DNA of 60,000 nucleotides from Lama guanicoe. Lineage: Eukaryota. The notes beneath the pieces were generated by a model. It did not search any database, was not told the origin of the DNA, and was given only the letters and a program-made list of their open reading frames with translations. Shown here one piece after another: positions 13,701 to 25,699 of the stretch. The stretch is taken from positions 436,001 to 496,000 of the forward strand of contig MU054338.1 of NCBI GenBank assembly GCA_013239625.1, read 5' to 3'. The translations under genes were made by a program, and so were the position numbers. How positions within the stretch are numbered: the stretch's first letter is position 1; every line of letters starts with the position of its first letter.

Positions 13701-16700
13701 TAACCAAGCCCTCCCTCCCCCACTGCAAACCCCTCGGGGGCCTGGAGGGAGCAGGCCTCTGGGAACACAGCAGAGTTTTTTGGCAGCTGTCCTGGTTTTG
13801 CAGGAATAACAAACGCTATGTTTCTCCTGCTGGGAGGGGGGGGGCCAGGTTGGCACAAAGCACCTTCCCCCTCCCCTAGGGTGAGATCAGCGTGAGCCCA
13901 GCTCACTGATGGGGAAGCTGAGGCAGAGCTGCCTCTTCAGGGCTCTCCCAAGCAGGGGTCTCACCTGGTTGACCCTGAGCCCAGGGGACAGGGGCATCAT
14001 CTGGGGCATCGGTGGTTGTCATGACCAGCGGCTGCTGGCGTCCAGTGGGTGGGGCTGGGAGGCTGCTCCACCCCCCACGCTGCCCAGGATGGCCCCCAGA
14101 GAGGGACCCGCCCCACCTTGGCAGTACCGAGGGGCCCCGGGCAACGGTACCCGACCTGACCCGCACCCACGCCCCTCCCCGCAGGGACGCCCGTGAACCG
14201 CATCCCCATCATGGCCAAGCAGGTACTCGACCTGTTCATGCTGTACGTGCTGGTGACGGAGAAGGGCGGCCTGGTGGAGGTCATCAACAAGAAGCTATGG
14301 CGTGAGATCACCAAGGGCCTCAACCTGCCCACGTCCATCACCAGCGCTGCCTTCACCCTGCGGACCCAGTGAGTGCCCAGCAGCGGCTGGCTCGGGCAGC
14401 TGCCAAGTGCTTCCCGGTTGGGGATGTGTGGTGGGGAAGGGAGCTTTGCGGATCCCAGCAGCATCCCCGGTGCCATCTTGCCCCCGCCCCCGCCCGCAGG
14501 TACATGAAGTACCTGTATCCCTACGAGTGTGAGAAGCGTGGCCTCAGCAGCCCCAACGAGCTGCAGGCGGCCATCGACAGCAACCGACGGGAGGGCCGGC
14601 GCCAGAGCTTCGGCGGCTCCCTGTTCGCCTACTCGCCGGGCGGGGCCCACAGCATGCTCTCCTCGCCCAAGCTGCCCGTGTCCTCCCTGGGCCTGGCCGC
14701 CAGCACCAACGGCAGCTCCATCACCCCAGCCCCCAAGATCAAGAAAGGTGAGGGCAGTACGGGTCCTGGGGCCTGGCCTCGATCAGCTTCAGCCTGGCAG
14801 TTTGGCCCCAGGGCGAAGGAGCCGCCTTTCTCTTCTCTGGGTAACCGGAATGATAACCCTCAGAGTTGGTGTGGAAGAGGGCGGCCAAACTTTCAGTGCT
14901 ATGCCTGTGGCAGACATCACTAATCAATGGCCATCTTCCCAGCCCCACAGCAGGCTGACATCACTAACCAATTTATTTTCCCTAAATGTGTGCCTTTGGT
15001 AGACATCACGTATCAATAGGTTTTCCCCCCAGTTTGATGCCAAAGCAAACATTGCAGATCAAGCAGTTTTCCCTTCCTGTGTCCATGGCAGACATTACTA
15101 GTTGATTGCTGTTTTCCCAGTCTACACTGAAGCAGACATTATTAGTTTAGCACACTGCATCTATTTCAGATCCCCCGGCAGGCATTGCTAATCATTCGTT
15201 GTAGCAGTGGCCCAGTCTTCTGTCTGTGGCTGCTGCTTTTAGTTGCTCTTATGTTTTCTAGCCCCTTGCACATGACAGACATTACTAGTTGATCACTGTA
15301 TTTTTTTCCCCTGTGAGCTGTAGAATCCTTAATGCACTGTTCCAGCAGATACCAAGAGGGTAGCATGGGTCTGTCAATCAGACTGACCCTTTAACTGTCT
15401 CTGGGGCTATTGCTCAGTGCCCCTGGGCAGCTGGCTGCCCCTTTCTGAGCCCAGCTTTCCTTACAGTTAAAGTCCAGGAAATTACACCTTCTCTGTAGAG
15501 TGGTTGGGGAGACTTCAGTGTGTAAAATGCCTAGCCGACATAAGGCCTGGGTTTACAGCTACCTGACAGAGAGCACCCCCAACCCTAGTCCCCATCCATG
15601 GCAGACATCACCAGTCGATCACAGTCTTTTCTCCTGCCAAGCCTCTGAATCTTTCCTAACACGGAAGCACCAGCAGCACATGTTGGGGCGCAGCCTCAAG
15701 CAGGCTGCCGCACCTATCCCGAGTTCCTGTTTCTCATCTACATGGGCCGTGACCCCCTAATTCCCAGGCTTGGTCTGGGGATCCGAGATGATCCTCACAG
15801 GACCCTGAAAATTTGGGGCTGGCCAGATCGGAGGTGAATGGGTCTATTGTCAGCTCCTTTGCTCCTCTGTGGGCCTCAGTCCACCCCCTAGCCTTGGGGG
15901 GTTCCAGCGATACCTGGGGATGTTATTAGGCACCACCATACGCAATGCCCTGTGGTGGAGCTGGGGAAAACTGGGGGATGGGAGAGAGGGTTCTGACCTG
16001 CTGGAGCGAGTCCCAGTGGGCTCCTGAGGAGGTGGCCTTTCAGCTGAGACCAGCAGGGAGAGCTGCGGACACTGCGGGAGGAGTGCAGCTGCAAAAGTCG
16101 GCGTGGGGACCCAGCATGGAGAGGCAGCACCGGGCAATGGGACAGACACAGGTGGAAGAGGCGGGAGAATAAGAGACAGCCGGTCTCAGTGGGATCGGTG
16201 GTTGGGAGCAATGGGGACATTTGTTCCAGCTGCATGACAGCGGAATGGTTAGGGGCTGGTTCTGGAGCTGGGCCGCACGAGTTCCAGTGCCGGCTCAGCC
16301 TCTCTCCAGCTCCCTGACCTTAAGGAAGTTACCCGCTCTCTCTGAGCCTCAGTTTCTTTAGCAGTGAGATGGAGGTACTGGTGTCTAAGTAGTGCCGTGG
16401 TACCGTTATACTAGCGTTGTCATGACCTGTATTACTGTTACGATGGTGTCTGATACAAGCCCGACGTTAGAAAAGGTCTGGCACCTGTGTCTGCTGAGAA
16501 GTGCATCCCCTTGCCTGGAGAGGGGGTGAGCGCCCCATCCGTGGAGGTGTTCTTACCTTGGGTAGAAGGCAGGGACTGGGCCACCTCTGTTCCCTTCTGG
16601 CCACCAACCCCTCCTCTCTCCTGTCTAGAGGAGGACGCAGCCGTCCCCATCGCGGTTGCCGGCCGCCTGCCGGTCCCCCTGGCGGGCCACCCCGTGGTGG

Positions 16701-18578
16701 CGGCCCAGGCGGTAGCAGCCCAGGCGGCTGTGGCGGCGCAGGCAGCTGCCCTGGAGCAGCTCCGGGAGAAGCTGGAGTCCGGGGAGCCTCCTGAGAAGAA
16801 GATGGCCCTGGTGGCGGAGGAGCAGCAGCGGCTCGTGCAGCGTGCACTGCAGCAGAACCTGCTGGCCATGACGGCCCAGCTGCCCATGAGCATCCGGATC
16901 AGCAGCCAAGGTAGCACCGCAGCTCACAGCCCCTGTGCTTCCTGCATGTGGAACAGGATAAGGGCCTCACAGCCAACACATGCAAAGTGCGTCTACAGAG
17001 CAATAAGAAGGAAAGGCAAGCAGGCCAGGGAAGACATGGGCAGCAGTGACCAGGAGATACTTAGGAAAAGAATCCCCTCCATCTGGCAGGGGATCTGCAA
17101 GTGAACGGGCAGATACTGGCTCCTACCCATCAGAGTCTGATAATACCAAGAGTTGGTCAGGATGGGGGCGTCCTGCTGGTGGGTGTGTAAGGAGGTGACA
17201 AACTGGCAATCTCTTTTCAAGACAGAACACCTCGAGGGAGAGTGCAGCTCAGTGGCAGAGCACGTGCTGGGCAGGCTGGAGGCCCTGGGTCGGATCGCCA
17301 GGACCTCTGTGAAAGTAAACAAACTCCTAATCACCCCTCCAAAGGTTTTTGTGGAAAAAAAAAAAAGTCTTTAAAAAAAAAACAGAAAACGTGCTTGCCC
17401 TGGGCCTGGGTGACTGTGCCCAGTACCAGGAGCAGAGTTAGTGCAGGTGGAAGTGCGTGTGCGAGGGTGCTCCCTGCAGTCGCTTGTGCAAGGCCACCCG
17501 CGTGTCTGACAGTAGGGGGTGAGCCAGTCACGACTGGAACGCCTCATGGCCATAAAGAAGAACAAGGTGATTTGGGTGTGCGGACATCACATAAGATGTA
17601 ATCATGAAAACGGCAAGTTTCAGGGGGAGGGTGCAGCTCAGTGGTAGCTTGCAAGCTCAGCGTGCACGAGGTCCTGGTTCAATCCCAGTACCTCCATTAA
17701 AATAAATCAATGAATAAAACCTAATAACATCCCCCCCAAAATTGTTACAAAATATTTTTTAAAAAGCAAGTTTTAGACAACTACATTCATATTAAGCAAG
17801 CGTTTATTGAGTGTCTATGGGCTGGGGATAGAGCCAGTCTGTAGCTTTGTGATGTGTCACATCTGGCGGGGTTGACCTGCATGATGCAGATCGTTGGACC
17901 GATGCCTTCGTGACTACAAACGGAGGTTTTGCTTCTTCCTGCAGCCTCCGAGAGTCGCCCGGACTCGGCTGCAAGCCTGGCCAGCACCAATGGCAGCAGC
18001 AGTATTAGCATGTCAGTAGAGATTAATGGAGTCATGTACACAGGTGAGACCGCCCAGCCCCCGTGCCCACCTTACCAGTCTCCCCAGAGTCCTGGTTGCC
18101 CCTGGTCGTGGCCTGCTTGGCTCTCATGAGACCCGAGTCTACGTCCTGTACTGGGCCCGGTGCTCAGAAATACGTATCATGTGTTGTGTCCTATTGCAAG
18201 TGAAGTCTCCATAGTCCTTCTGGAAAAAAAAAGTAATCAGACACCAGATGGCGCTGTCGACACAGAGCAGCTTGGTTGCTGTGATGACCGCAGGAGGTCC
18301 GGGGGGGGGACTTTGCAGGGGGTCAGTGCTCTGGAATCCTGTCACACAATCTTTTCAATTCTCTGTGACTTGTCTCTCCTCCTGTCCTTGCACCAGGAGT
18401 GCTGTTCGCACAGCCGCCGGCCTCCACACCACCGTCAGCTCCTAGCAAAGGCGGAAGTGGCTGCAGCCGGGGAGGAAACAGTGGGACCAGCGGCGGCGGC
18501 AGCGCAGGCGGCCAGGCCGGGCCAGCGGGGCTGTCTACAACACCCACGACTTCTACCTCAAATAACTCATTGCCTTAA
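10730..18578 (+). CDS. ARID3A: AT-rich interaction domain 3A (Bright/DRIL1), 3' portion; 5' exons lie upstream of the window
   Basis: Coding exons 10730-10802, 14185-14368, 14500-14747, 16629-16910, 17945-18043, 18397-18578 (TAA 18576-18578), all AG/GT flanked with matching phases. They translate to the ARID domain (LYELDGDPKRKEFLDDLFSFMQKRGTPVNRIPIMAKQVLDLFMLYVLVTEKGGLVEVINKKLWREITKGLNLPTSITSAAFTLRTQYMKYLYPYECEK), the REKLES domain (ALEQLREKLESGEPPEKK...SMSVEINGVMYTGVLFAQ) and the C-terminus STSNNSLP*. Confidence 0.97.
11364..11520 (-). mobile_element. Short L1 3'-end fragment
   Basis: TTTTTATTGAAGTA...TTTACAACATTGTGTTAGTTTCTGGTGCACAGCATAG...CCCTGTGCTGTACAGTGGGACCTTGTTG is typical of an antisense L1 3' terminus. 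Confidence 0.7.
12604..12794. repeat. Minisatellite, ~66-67-bp unit, ~2.9 copies
   Basis: CCCTGGGGGCTGGGAGTGGAGG.GGGGTCCTGCCTGCACCCGCC(C)TCCTACGTCTCCGTGACGCCCT starts at 12604, 12671 and 12737. Confidence 0.92.
14909..15300. repeat. Degenerate tandem array, ~45-bp period, core CAGACATYACTARTYRAT
   Basis: Cores at 14911, 14955, 15000, 15046, 15089, 15133, 15179 and 15276, with an outlier at 15602. Confidence 0.8.
17236..17385 (+). mobile_element. tRNA-derived SINE (camelid Vic-1-like), diverged
   Basis: GGGAGAGTGCAGCTCAGTGGCAGAGCACG...GGCCCTGGGTCGGATCGCCAGGACCTC followed by an A-rich tail. Confidence 0.75.
17623..17765 (+). mobile_element. tRNA-derived SINE (camelid Vic-1-like)
   Basis: GGGGGAGGGTGCAGCTCAGTGGTAG...GAGGTCCTGGTTCAATCCCAGTACCTCC with an A-rich tail, flanked by a GCAAGTTT(C/T)AG target-site duplication at ~17613 and ~17766. 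Confidence 0.85.
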
Positions 18579-20676
18579 CCGCAACACTCCCCACCCTGGA
18601 AGCCGCCAGACCGGGCAGGGGGTCGAGGTGGGCCGAGCAGGGGCCGGGATGGCGGGAGATACGGGTGGGGAGGGGAGCTCTCCACAGAGGAGCCACAGCT
18701 AACGCCAAAAAGGAAAGAAATATATATATACATATATATATATAAAGAAAATTTAATAAAGCAGGGGAAAACCAAGGAACACTTGAATTACTCAGGTTTT
18801 GGACATGCAGAGAGATGAATTGTGAAAACAGCAAAAGAAATTGGCAAAGAGAAAGATGTTTCCCAGGGCTTTCATGCAGCCCTGGTGGACCCACATGGGC
18901 TGGTGTGTGGTTTCTGATTTGGACCAGTTGCAGCATAAGGCAGATCCTCTTTACCTCATACATCCCTGCACTGTGTTTTTTCATTTTTATCTGTTTGTTT
19001 GTTTTCTTTCTGTTCATCACACAGTCACCACAGCCAGCTCCTTGTGTTGAATGAAACCCCTGAGCCAAGATCAGCTGAAATTTTTTTCTTGTTGCTTTCG
19101 GGAACTTTGTTTTTTTTTTGTTTTTTTTTTTAAGAAATAGCAGGAATTCAAACTCTATAGGGTTTTTAAGAGGTTGGGGGTTTTGTTTTGTAAATATTCT
19201 ATTTTATTCTTGGGGGAGGAATCAAACCTAGAAAAAGGATATATATATCTATATATTTGTGTTCATTCAGGGAAACTGGACTTGAAAAAGCAAAAAAAAA
19301 AAAAAAAAGGTAACACCCTTTTTATTTTTCCCATGACTGATTTGGGTTCATTTTTGCGTTTCCTGTGGTGCAGTGGGCAGCTGGTGGGCGCAGGACACTG
19401 GATCCCTGGGCTATAGCCAGCAGAACCAATGAACTCAGGTGCTGTGGGCCAGGCCAGGGTCGGGGTGCATGCCAGGGGTCAGCGGGAATGGGGTAGGAAT
19501 GCTGAGCGGTAGATGGTGCATCGCCATACTTGTCTCTGGCAAGCAAGTCTTAACTCAGAAGAGAACGTGCTGGGAGGGGCTCCGCCTGTCAGCCCCCGGC
19601 TCCTGTCTCAGGGATGAATCGGCTTGGGGGCTCTGGCCTGAAAGGGCTGCTTTTGGAGACTGTCGATCCTGGGGGACAGGGGTGAGCCGGCCTTAGCTCA
19701 GGGCGAGGTTTTTGGGGCCATGGCACCCCGAACACCCCCCATTCTCGTCTCCTTAACTCTGCAGCTGCTGGGAGCCACAGCGCCCTGCAGTAACTAAAGG
19801 AGCTAGATAGAGGCGGAGAAAGGGCGGTGCCCCTCCCTCCAGGACCCCCAGGTCAGACGGTGGGCATAGGGTGGAGGGTGGGTGCAGCTGTACAGCTGGG
19901 CAGGGCATTCAGTCCGGGGCCGGTGATGGTGCCCCCCGCCAGTGGAGCTGCCCGTCTGTCCCAAGCCTAGGTGAGGTCTGGGGACTTTCTGGCTGACCTG
20001 CCCTCCGGGTCGCCGGGGACCTGGAGGCGTTGGGGGAGGGGGGCTAACTCAGGTTCCCAGGGTGAGCCTGGCATCTCTAATTGGGCCCAGGGAGCCCAGC
20101 CTAACGAGGCCGGGAGGAGCAGGGCCCCTTCTGGGCAGCCTCCCGCCTCCCCACCCCGGTATCATCCGGGTGCCTTGGAGACCTCGGGGTTGGTCCTCAG
20201 CCCGTGGGTCTTGCACGGGCTTGCCTTCCTGTGGGGCTGCAGTGTGTCTTTGGGAGGGAGCCCCTAGCCCCTTGCCCCTTTCTCGGTGTGTCTCAGGGTC
20301 GCTGGTGCCCGGCCTTCGGTGGGGCTGGGGGCGGGGCTGTGCACGGGCTTTCCTCTTGCTTTTTCTTCTGGAAGGTTCTCCCCTCCCAATCTTCCGCTGC
20401 AGCGGCACAATCGTTGTGGGAGGGGATCCTTCTGTCCCCAGACACAATCTGGCCACCCCCATCCCCTCTTCTCCCTCTTCTGTCCCCCGACCTGACGGAT
20501 GGAGGGAGTGTGGGCGCTGCCCCCCGCATGGCGCTGGGGGTGTCTGCTGTGAGCTTCTTTCTACCTCAGGTCTGACTCTTGATGCCAAAACCCATGCTCG
20601 GCTGCCCCTACCCCTCCCGGCAGCAGGGCTTCAGCAAGTACCCGTCCTGGGCAGAGCCTGGGGTCCCGCCTGCCTC

Positions 20677-20724
<48 letters not shown>

Positions 20725-21810
20725 CGCGCGCCATGCCCATGGGCGTCAGGGGATCACGTCGTGTCCTGTGGGCACTGGGCCTCCTGGATCGAACTCTCAG
20801 GGTGTGCCTGCTGTGCGGTGCTATTGGTTGTAAGGGGGCGGGTGGGGGCGTGGGCCCTCGAGGGGGGCCTGAAGGGGTGGCAACGCTGGGGGCTCTGGGG
20901 TCAGGTGGGAGCTTGGCCTCCAGGCGGCCTTGCCTCGGGCGGGGCGCCCCCGTCAGCGCCCCTGCCCCCGCAATCCCAACCCCACCGCCACCTCCTGTTG
21001 GTGGGGGTTTCTGGGGTGCAGTTCAGCCCCCCCTTATGCAAATTGAGGTGGGGCCGGGGCCCGAGCACTGTTGTTTGCGGAATGGGTGGGGCTTAGCAAA
21101 AAGGCGAGGGTGGGGACCCCCGACTCAGGATGGAGCAGGGCTCCCAGGGGCTCCCCTGCTCTGGAGATGCTCCTGGACGGGCTGCCTCTAGAGCCTTCCT
21201 CGTGACCTCTAAACCTGCGCAGGGCTGTAGCGGTCTGGCTGGGGGGGATGGGACGGGGCACGGGGTGGCGGGTTGGTTTGTAATAGTTGTGCGTTTGTAC
21301 AGTCACTTTTCACACTGTTAGCTATTTTGCCCACTACCATCCTTTTTTTTTTTCTTTTCCTTAATTTTGCTTTTGGATTTTTTTCTTGACAAACACGAAT
21401 TTCAGCCTTTCATTCCTGACATGTGAAATTTCAGTTTCTCTGGGGTTTGTCAGCCGGCGTGGGGACCACGCCTGAACTCAGGTTAAAGGGAAAAAAAAGA
21501 AAACCTTCCAATAAAAAGATGTCAAACTACTCTCTACCTCTGGCTGGGCCCAGCCTGTCCCGCCCTGGTCGCGGCCAGGCAGCCTGTGACAATTTATTTC
21601 AGTTTTTGCAGAACATTCAGGTATTAAAAGGGAGAAAAAAAAAAAGACCAAAAAAAAAAAAAGGTGTGATTTTGAAATTTAAAAGAACACTGAGAGTTTA
21701 CATTTTATAACATTATTATGCAGATTGTATTTAAACTTCAGAAATATTTAAGACAATTGTAATCCTGTAAAGCTGATGAAATATTAAAACAAGACAAAAC
21801 ACTTCTGACT
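18579..21810 (+). other. ARID3A: ARID3A long 3'UTR (end approximate)
   Basis: U/A-rich blocks follow the stop codon. Candidate poly(A) hexamers: AATAAA 18755-18760, AATAAA 21510-21515 and ATTAAA 21783-21788, the last followed by GU-rich sequence. Confidence 0.65.
20679..20731. repeat. (TG)19(CG)7 microsatellite
   Basis: Direct read. Confidence 0.95.
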
Positions 21811-21899
21811 TTTAACAGAAAATGTCTCCTGTGTTGCTTGCTTTGAATGTCACCCCACCCTAACCCTGGGTTCTGGTGGCAGAAGGCCAGGGCCTGACC

Positions 21900-22110
21900 C
21901 AGAGGTCCTCCAGTGGGGACTGTGTCCCTCAGGGGACACTGGGCCATGTCCAGGGACATCTGTGGTTGTCACGAGGAAGTGGGGGACACCTGGCTGGCAC
22001 CAAGGGGGTAGGGCCAGGGAGGCTGCCCCACACCCCATAGTGCCCGGGACGGCCCCCGCAGAGAACAAGCACCCAGATGTCAGCCGTGCTGGAAGACCCA
22101 AGCTAAGTGG
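21900..22110. mobile_element. MER20-like hAT DNA transposon remnant (related copies at ~13970-14110, ~43110-43260 and ~49385-49560)
   Basis: All four copies share CAGGGGACA(C)TGGGC(C)A.GTC.GGG(G)ACATC.GTGGTTGTCA.GA...GG.GCTGC.CCAC(A)CCC. Confidence 0.6.
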
Positions 22111-25100
22111 TGTCCGAGACGCCCCTCCCTCCCCCTCAACGTCACCCTCTTTAAAGTGGGCAGGTGTAGCCATTAGTGCCTCGATGCGGGTCTGATGCAT
22201 GGTCCTTCTAGGGGTTTGGGGAGGACCCAGGCGTGGCAGGGCCAGGGTCCCAGCCTGTTCCCTGGTCCCCTAGTCTAGGCCTCCCATCCTCAGGGTTCTG
22301 ATGCCAGGGTGGCTCCAGGGTTGTCTGACCAAGTCCTAGGGCATGTTGCCTGCCCCTGCCCCTCATTGCTGGCTTCATTTTGGTTCTTCAAGGAGGCCAC
22401 CCCCGGGCCTGCCTCTGGGCCTTTACACATGCTCTGGGGAATCACACCCACGTCTCAGCCGCCAGTTAACGGATGCTGCGGGACACTGGCCTTCTTTGGG
22501 TGAACCCATAGAGCTCCCCCTCGGCCACTGGGAGCAGCTCCTGCAGTCTGTGCCCCGATGGGGGCTACCCTGTCCCCTGAACCTTCCCCCTGTGATTCAG
22601 TCCCATTTTCACACTTGACATGTGGCCCCAAAGAAACCAGAACAAGGGGCAGTTTGCGACCCCTGGGCTCAGCACACACGGAAGGGAAGCCCCATGCTCT
22701 CAGCCTCCAACAGCAAGACAGCACCACAGGATTTCAACTGGAAGAGATTCCACGGGTTCCAATCCACATCCGTCCACTTCGCGCCAGCCCCCACCCCGCG
22801 GACGTGACGGGCTCAAGATCAGCGTGGCCGATGGGGCAGTGGGCAGGCCCAGCTTCCTGCCACCTAGCTCCCCTGCTACCTGCTCTGGCCACGGCTGGCC
22901 TGAGCCGGTCCCTCCTGCCTGGCTCAGTCCCCAGGTCTGCACTGAGAGAGGAGAAAAAACTCACTCTCCTGGGGCACATGCCTCCCTGCGGCCCATCCAC
23001 GTGGGCCCAGCCTCTGTGGGCCTGGGGGGCCGGGGAGGTCAGAGGACAGAAGTCAACCCACCTGCCTCTCAGCCCCCTGCCCCTCACCTCCAGGGAACTA
23101 AAGTCATGTTTTTTTTAATAAAAAGGTCTTTTGGCAAACTGGATTGGCCAGTCCAGCGTCTTCATTCCTCTGCTGAAGAGGCCCTCAGGTCACACAGCCT
23201 CTGGGAGGAGGAGGGAGGGCTCAGGCCCCACCTCCTCCCCAGCCTCCCAGAGCCCCGCAGAGTCTCCCACCGCCTGGGCCTCCTTCTCTGCTTGTTCGGA
23301 AGCCCGGGGAACATCCCAGGAGGTGGCATTCCAAACACGATCAACAGAGCTGCAGGAGCCAGGCAGAGCCGCAGGTCTGGATGAGAGGACCCGGGAGAGA
23401 AGAGGGCTTTCACCTGAGTCACCTAGACTCCCCAGCTCACCGGGGACCCCACGGAGGCTGAGGCTGCTGGGTTTGTTGGTGGGGCCCCTTGTGCACAGGG
23501 TGTGAGATGGGGCAGTGTGCACCCTGTGCCAGCAAACAGGAGGTGCTCAATAAATGTGGAGGGGATGAAGAAAGTGGGGCATGGACCCAGAGGCGGTGGG
23601 GCCCTCTGTGCCTCGGTTTCCCCTCCTGCTCCTGCCGCCCTCCTGGCCTTGGATTTACTGGGTCTGGGACCAGGCAGGCGCCACGCAGGCACCAAGGAGG
23701 TCTGGCAACTGGGTGGTCCAAGAGGCCCCCAAAGCGTGGCTTTCGCCCTGCCCTTCTGACACAACTGGTCTGTCCTCATTCCGGAACCAGGCTGGGGGTG
23801 GGGTGACCTCTGACCTCACACAGCAGCCTGGCTGAGCTGGGTCCCTGGGGAGGGGAGAAGGGGGAGGGGAGGAGAGGAGGGAGAAGCCAGGAGGGACCTA
23901 GGCTGCAGTCCAGCTGGCCTGCCCCCAGAGCCCAGCCCACCCCTGCCCCCGCCCCAACGGCCACCAGCAGCACCCCGTTCCACTCTTGGGGCTGCACCTC
24001 CATTTGCACAACTGGTCCTCCTGTAACCCACACCTGCTGGGCCCACCCCATGTCCTGGAACCTGGCTGTTTGGGAACTTCCAGCCAGACCTCCCCAGACA
24101 AGTACACAGACCCAGGGCTCGAATCCCGCAGTCAGTTTGCACATGGGGAAACTGAGGCACAGTGACTCTGCCCCAGTGCTCAGAAGTGCCAGGTTCGAGC
24201 CCTGAGTTGGTGGTTAGGAGAAGGCTGCCTCAGTCCACCCATAGGAGCCACACAGTGTGCCTGTTCTCAAATGGGGTTCCACAGAAGGCGGAGGATTCAG
24301 GATTCAAAGAAAGGTGTGGCTTGGGTGGGGGGGAAATGGTATCTGAAAAATGTAAATTATCATTCAAAGTGTTTCATTTTTCTTATTCACATTTGAAAAA
24401 ACAACTGAGGAACTGGGGAGGGCGCATCAGCCAATTCTGGGGGTGGAAATCAGGAACAGTTGGTTCTAGCGCCAATCTGTTTTTGGACTCAATGGTCCCT
24501 GCCTCAGTTTCTACTTTTGGCAGCTGCTGGAGGCTTAGGCACCTAGCTCTCCCCAGTTTATAAACATTTTTCAGTGTCATGTGCCTCCCCTACCCCTGGG
24601 ATAAAATAAAATCCAGGTCTCCTTGTCCAGCTCCCCGTCCATGATCTGTCTGGGCACGCACCTCTGCCCCTCTTCCTTTTCAAGTGTTGGTTCCCGCTGG
24701 AGCCACACCTGCTCTGGGAAGCACCTCTTCCCGACGCCCAGGTCAGGCAGATCCCCCGTAGCCCCCCTCCCTCCCGGTAGCTGCTGCTTGCTGAGGCCCC
24801 AGAGCTGGGAGCAAACCGGCCTGGCCTCCAGGTCAGTGGCTCGAGCCTGCCACCTGGCGGCCGGGGCTGGAGCTGCGGACCCCCAGGCTCTGGGCGCCGT
24901 TCTCTGCTCATGCTGTTCCCTTCTCTCCTCTCCACCATCCTCTCCTGGATCGCACAGCGGTATTAGGGGACCCATCATCCACGTCCCACTCTGGGAGGTT
25001 TTGAGCGCTCTCCGTATTCAGTGCCCCTAGAATTGCTTGTGGGGACGCCTCCTAGGACGGCCATGAGATCTGGACTTTAAAGCGAATTCTCCCTTTTCAA

Positions 25101-25427
25101 AGGTTGACAACTAATTCTACATTTTAAAATGCACTGTTTTTAGACGCGGCCGGCGGCCGGCAGCTGCAACACGAGGTTAGGAGCTCCTCAGACAGAGCTT
25201 GCGACTTGTTTGACCTGCACCAAGTTGCTGAAATAAAAATGTGGATTTGCGGCCCCCAGAAAAGTAGGGTCCAAGGGGAGGCCGACGGTGAACCCATGAG
25301 TAAGCATCTAATTGCATCTAATTACTGCTGAACGCCAGCTAGATGTGTTGTTAGGTGCGTGGTCGTGTTTAAAGTGCAGTGTCTCATTTGGGCCTGTAAG
25401 GTCGGTACTTAGTATCTGCACGTTAAT

Positions 25428-25479
25428 AATGATGATGATGATGATGATTGATGATGACGATGATGATGATGATGATAAT
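25428..25479. repeat. Imperfect (GAT)n microsatellite upstream of WDR18
   Basis: Direct read. Confidence 0.9.
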
Positions 25480-25699
25480 TTGAGAGGTTAAGTACTTGGC
25501 CAAAAGCGCCCAACGGAAATGGCCAAGCCAGACGTCCAGGCTTTGAAGCTAACTGCTCTCAGGGCACCCTGGGCCTTGGTTTCTCCACCTTTTTTTTGAA
25601 ACAGGTCTCCTCCCAAGGTCTCTAACCAGCTGCTGCGCTCTTTGAGTCTCCGCGGAGCAGGGGTAAAAGAAACCCAAAACCCAGCCTAATTTACAGGGC

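Noticed and set aside
14909..15300. Possible CRISPR-like repeat-spacer array
   Set aside because: Mammalian intron, degenerate repeats, spacers partly related to each other and no cas genes; kept only as a degenerate tandem array.
17623..17695. Possible tRNA gene (also at 4610-4680, 17236 and 57165-57246)
   Set aside because: A and B boxes are present, but the cloverleaf is broken and A-rich tails and target-site duplications mark them as SINEs.
20062..21096. 344-aa ORF containing (CV)n
   Set aside because: Lies in the ARID3A 3'UTR; the CV run is the TG microsatellite.
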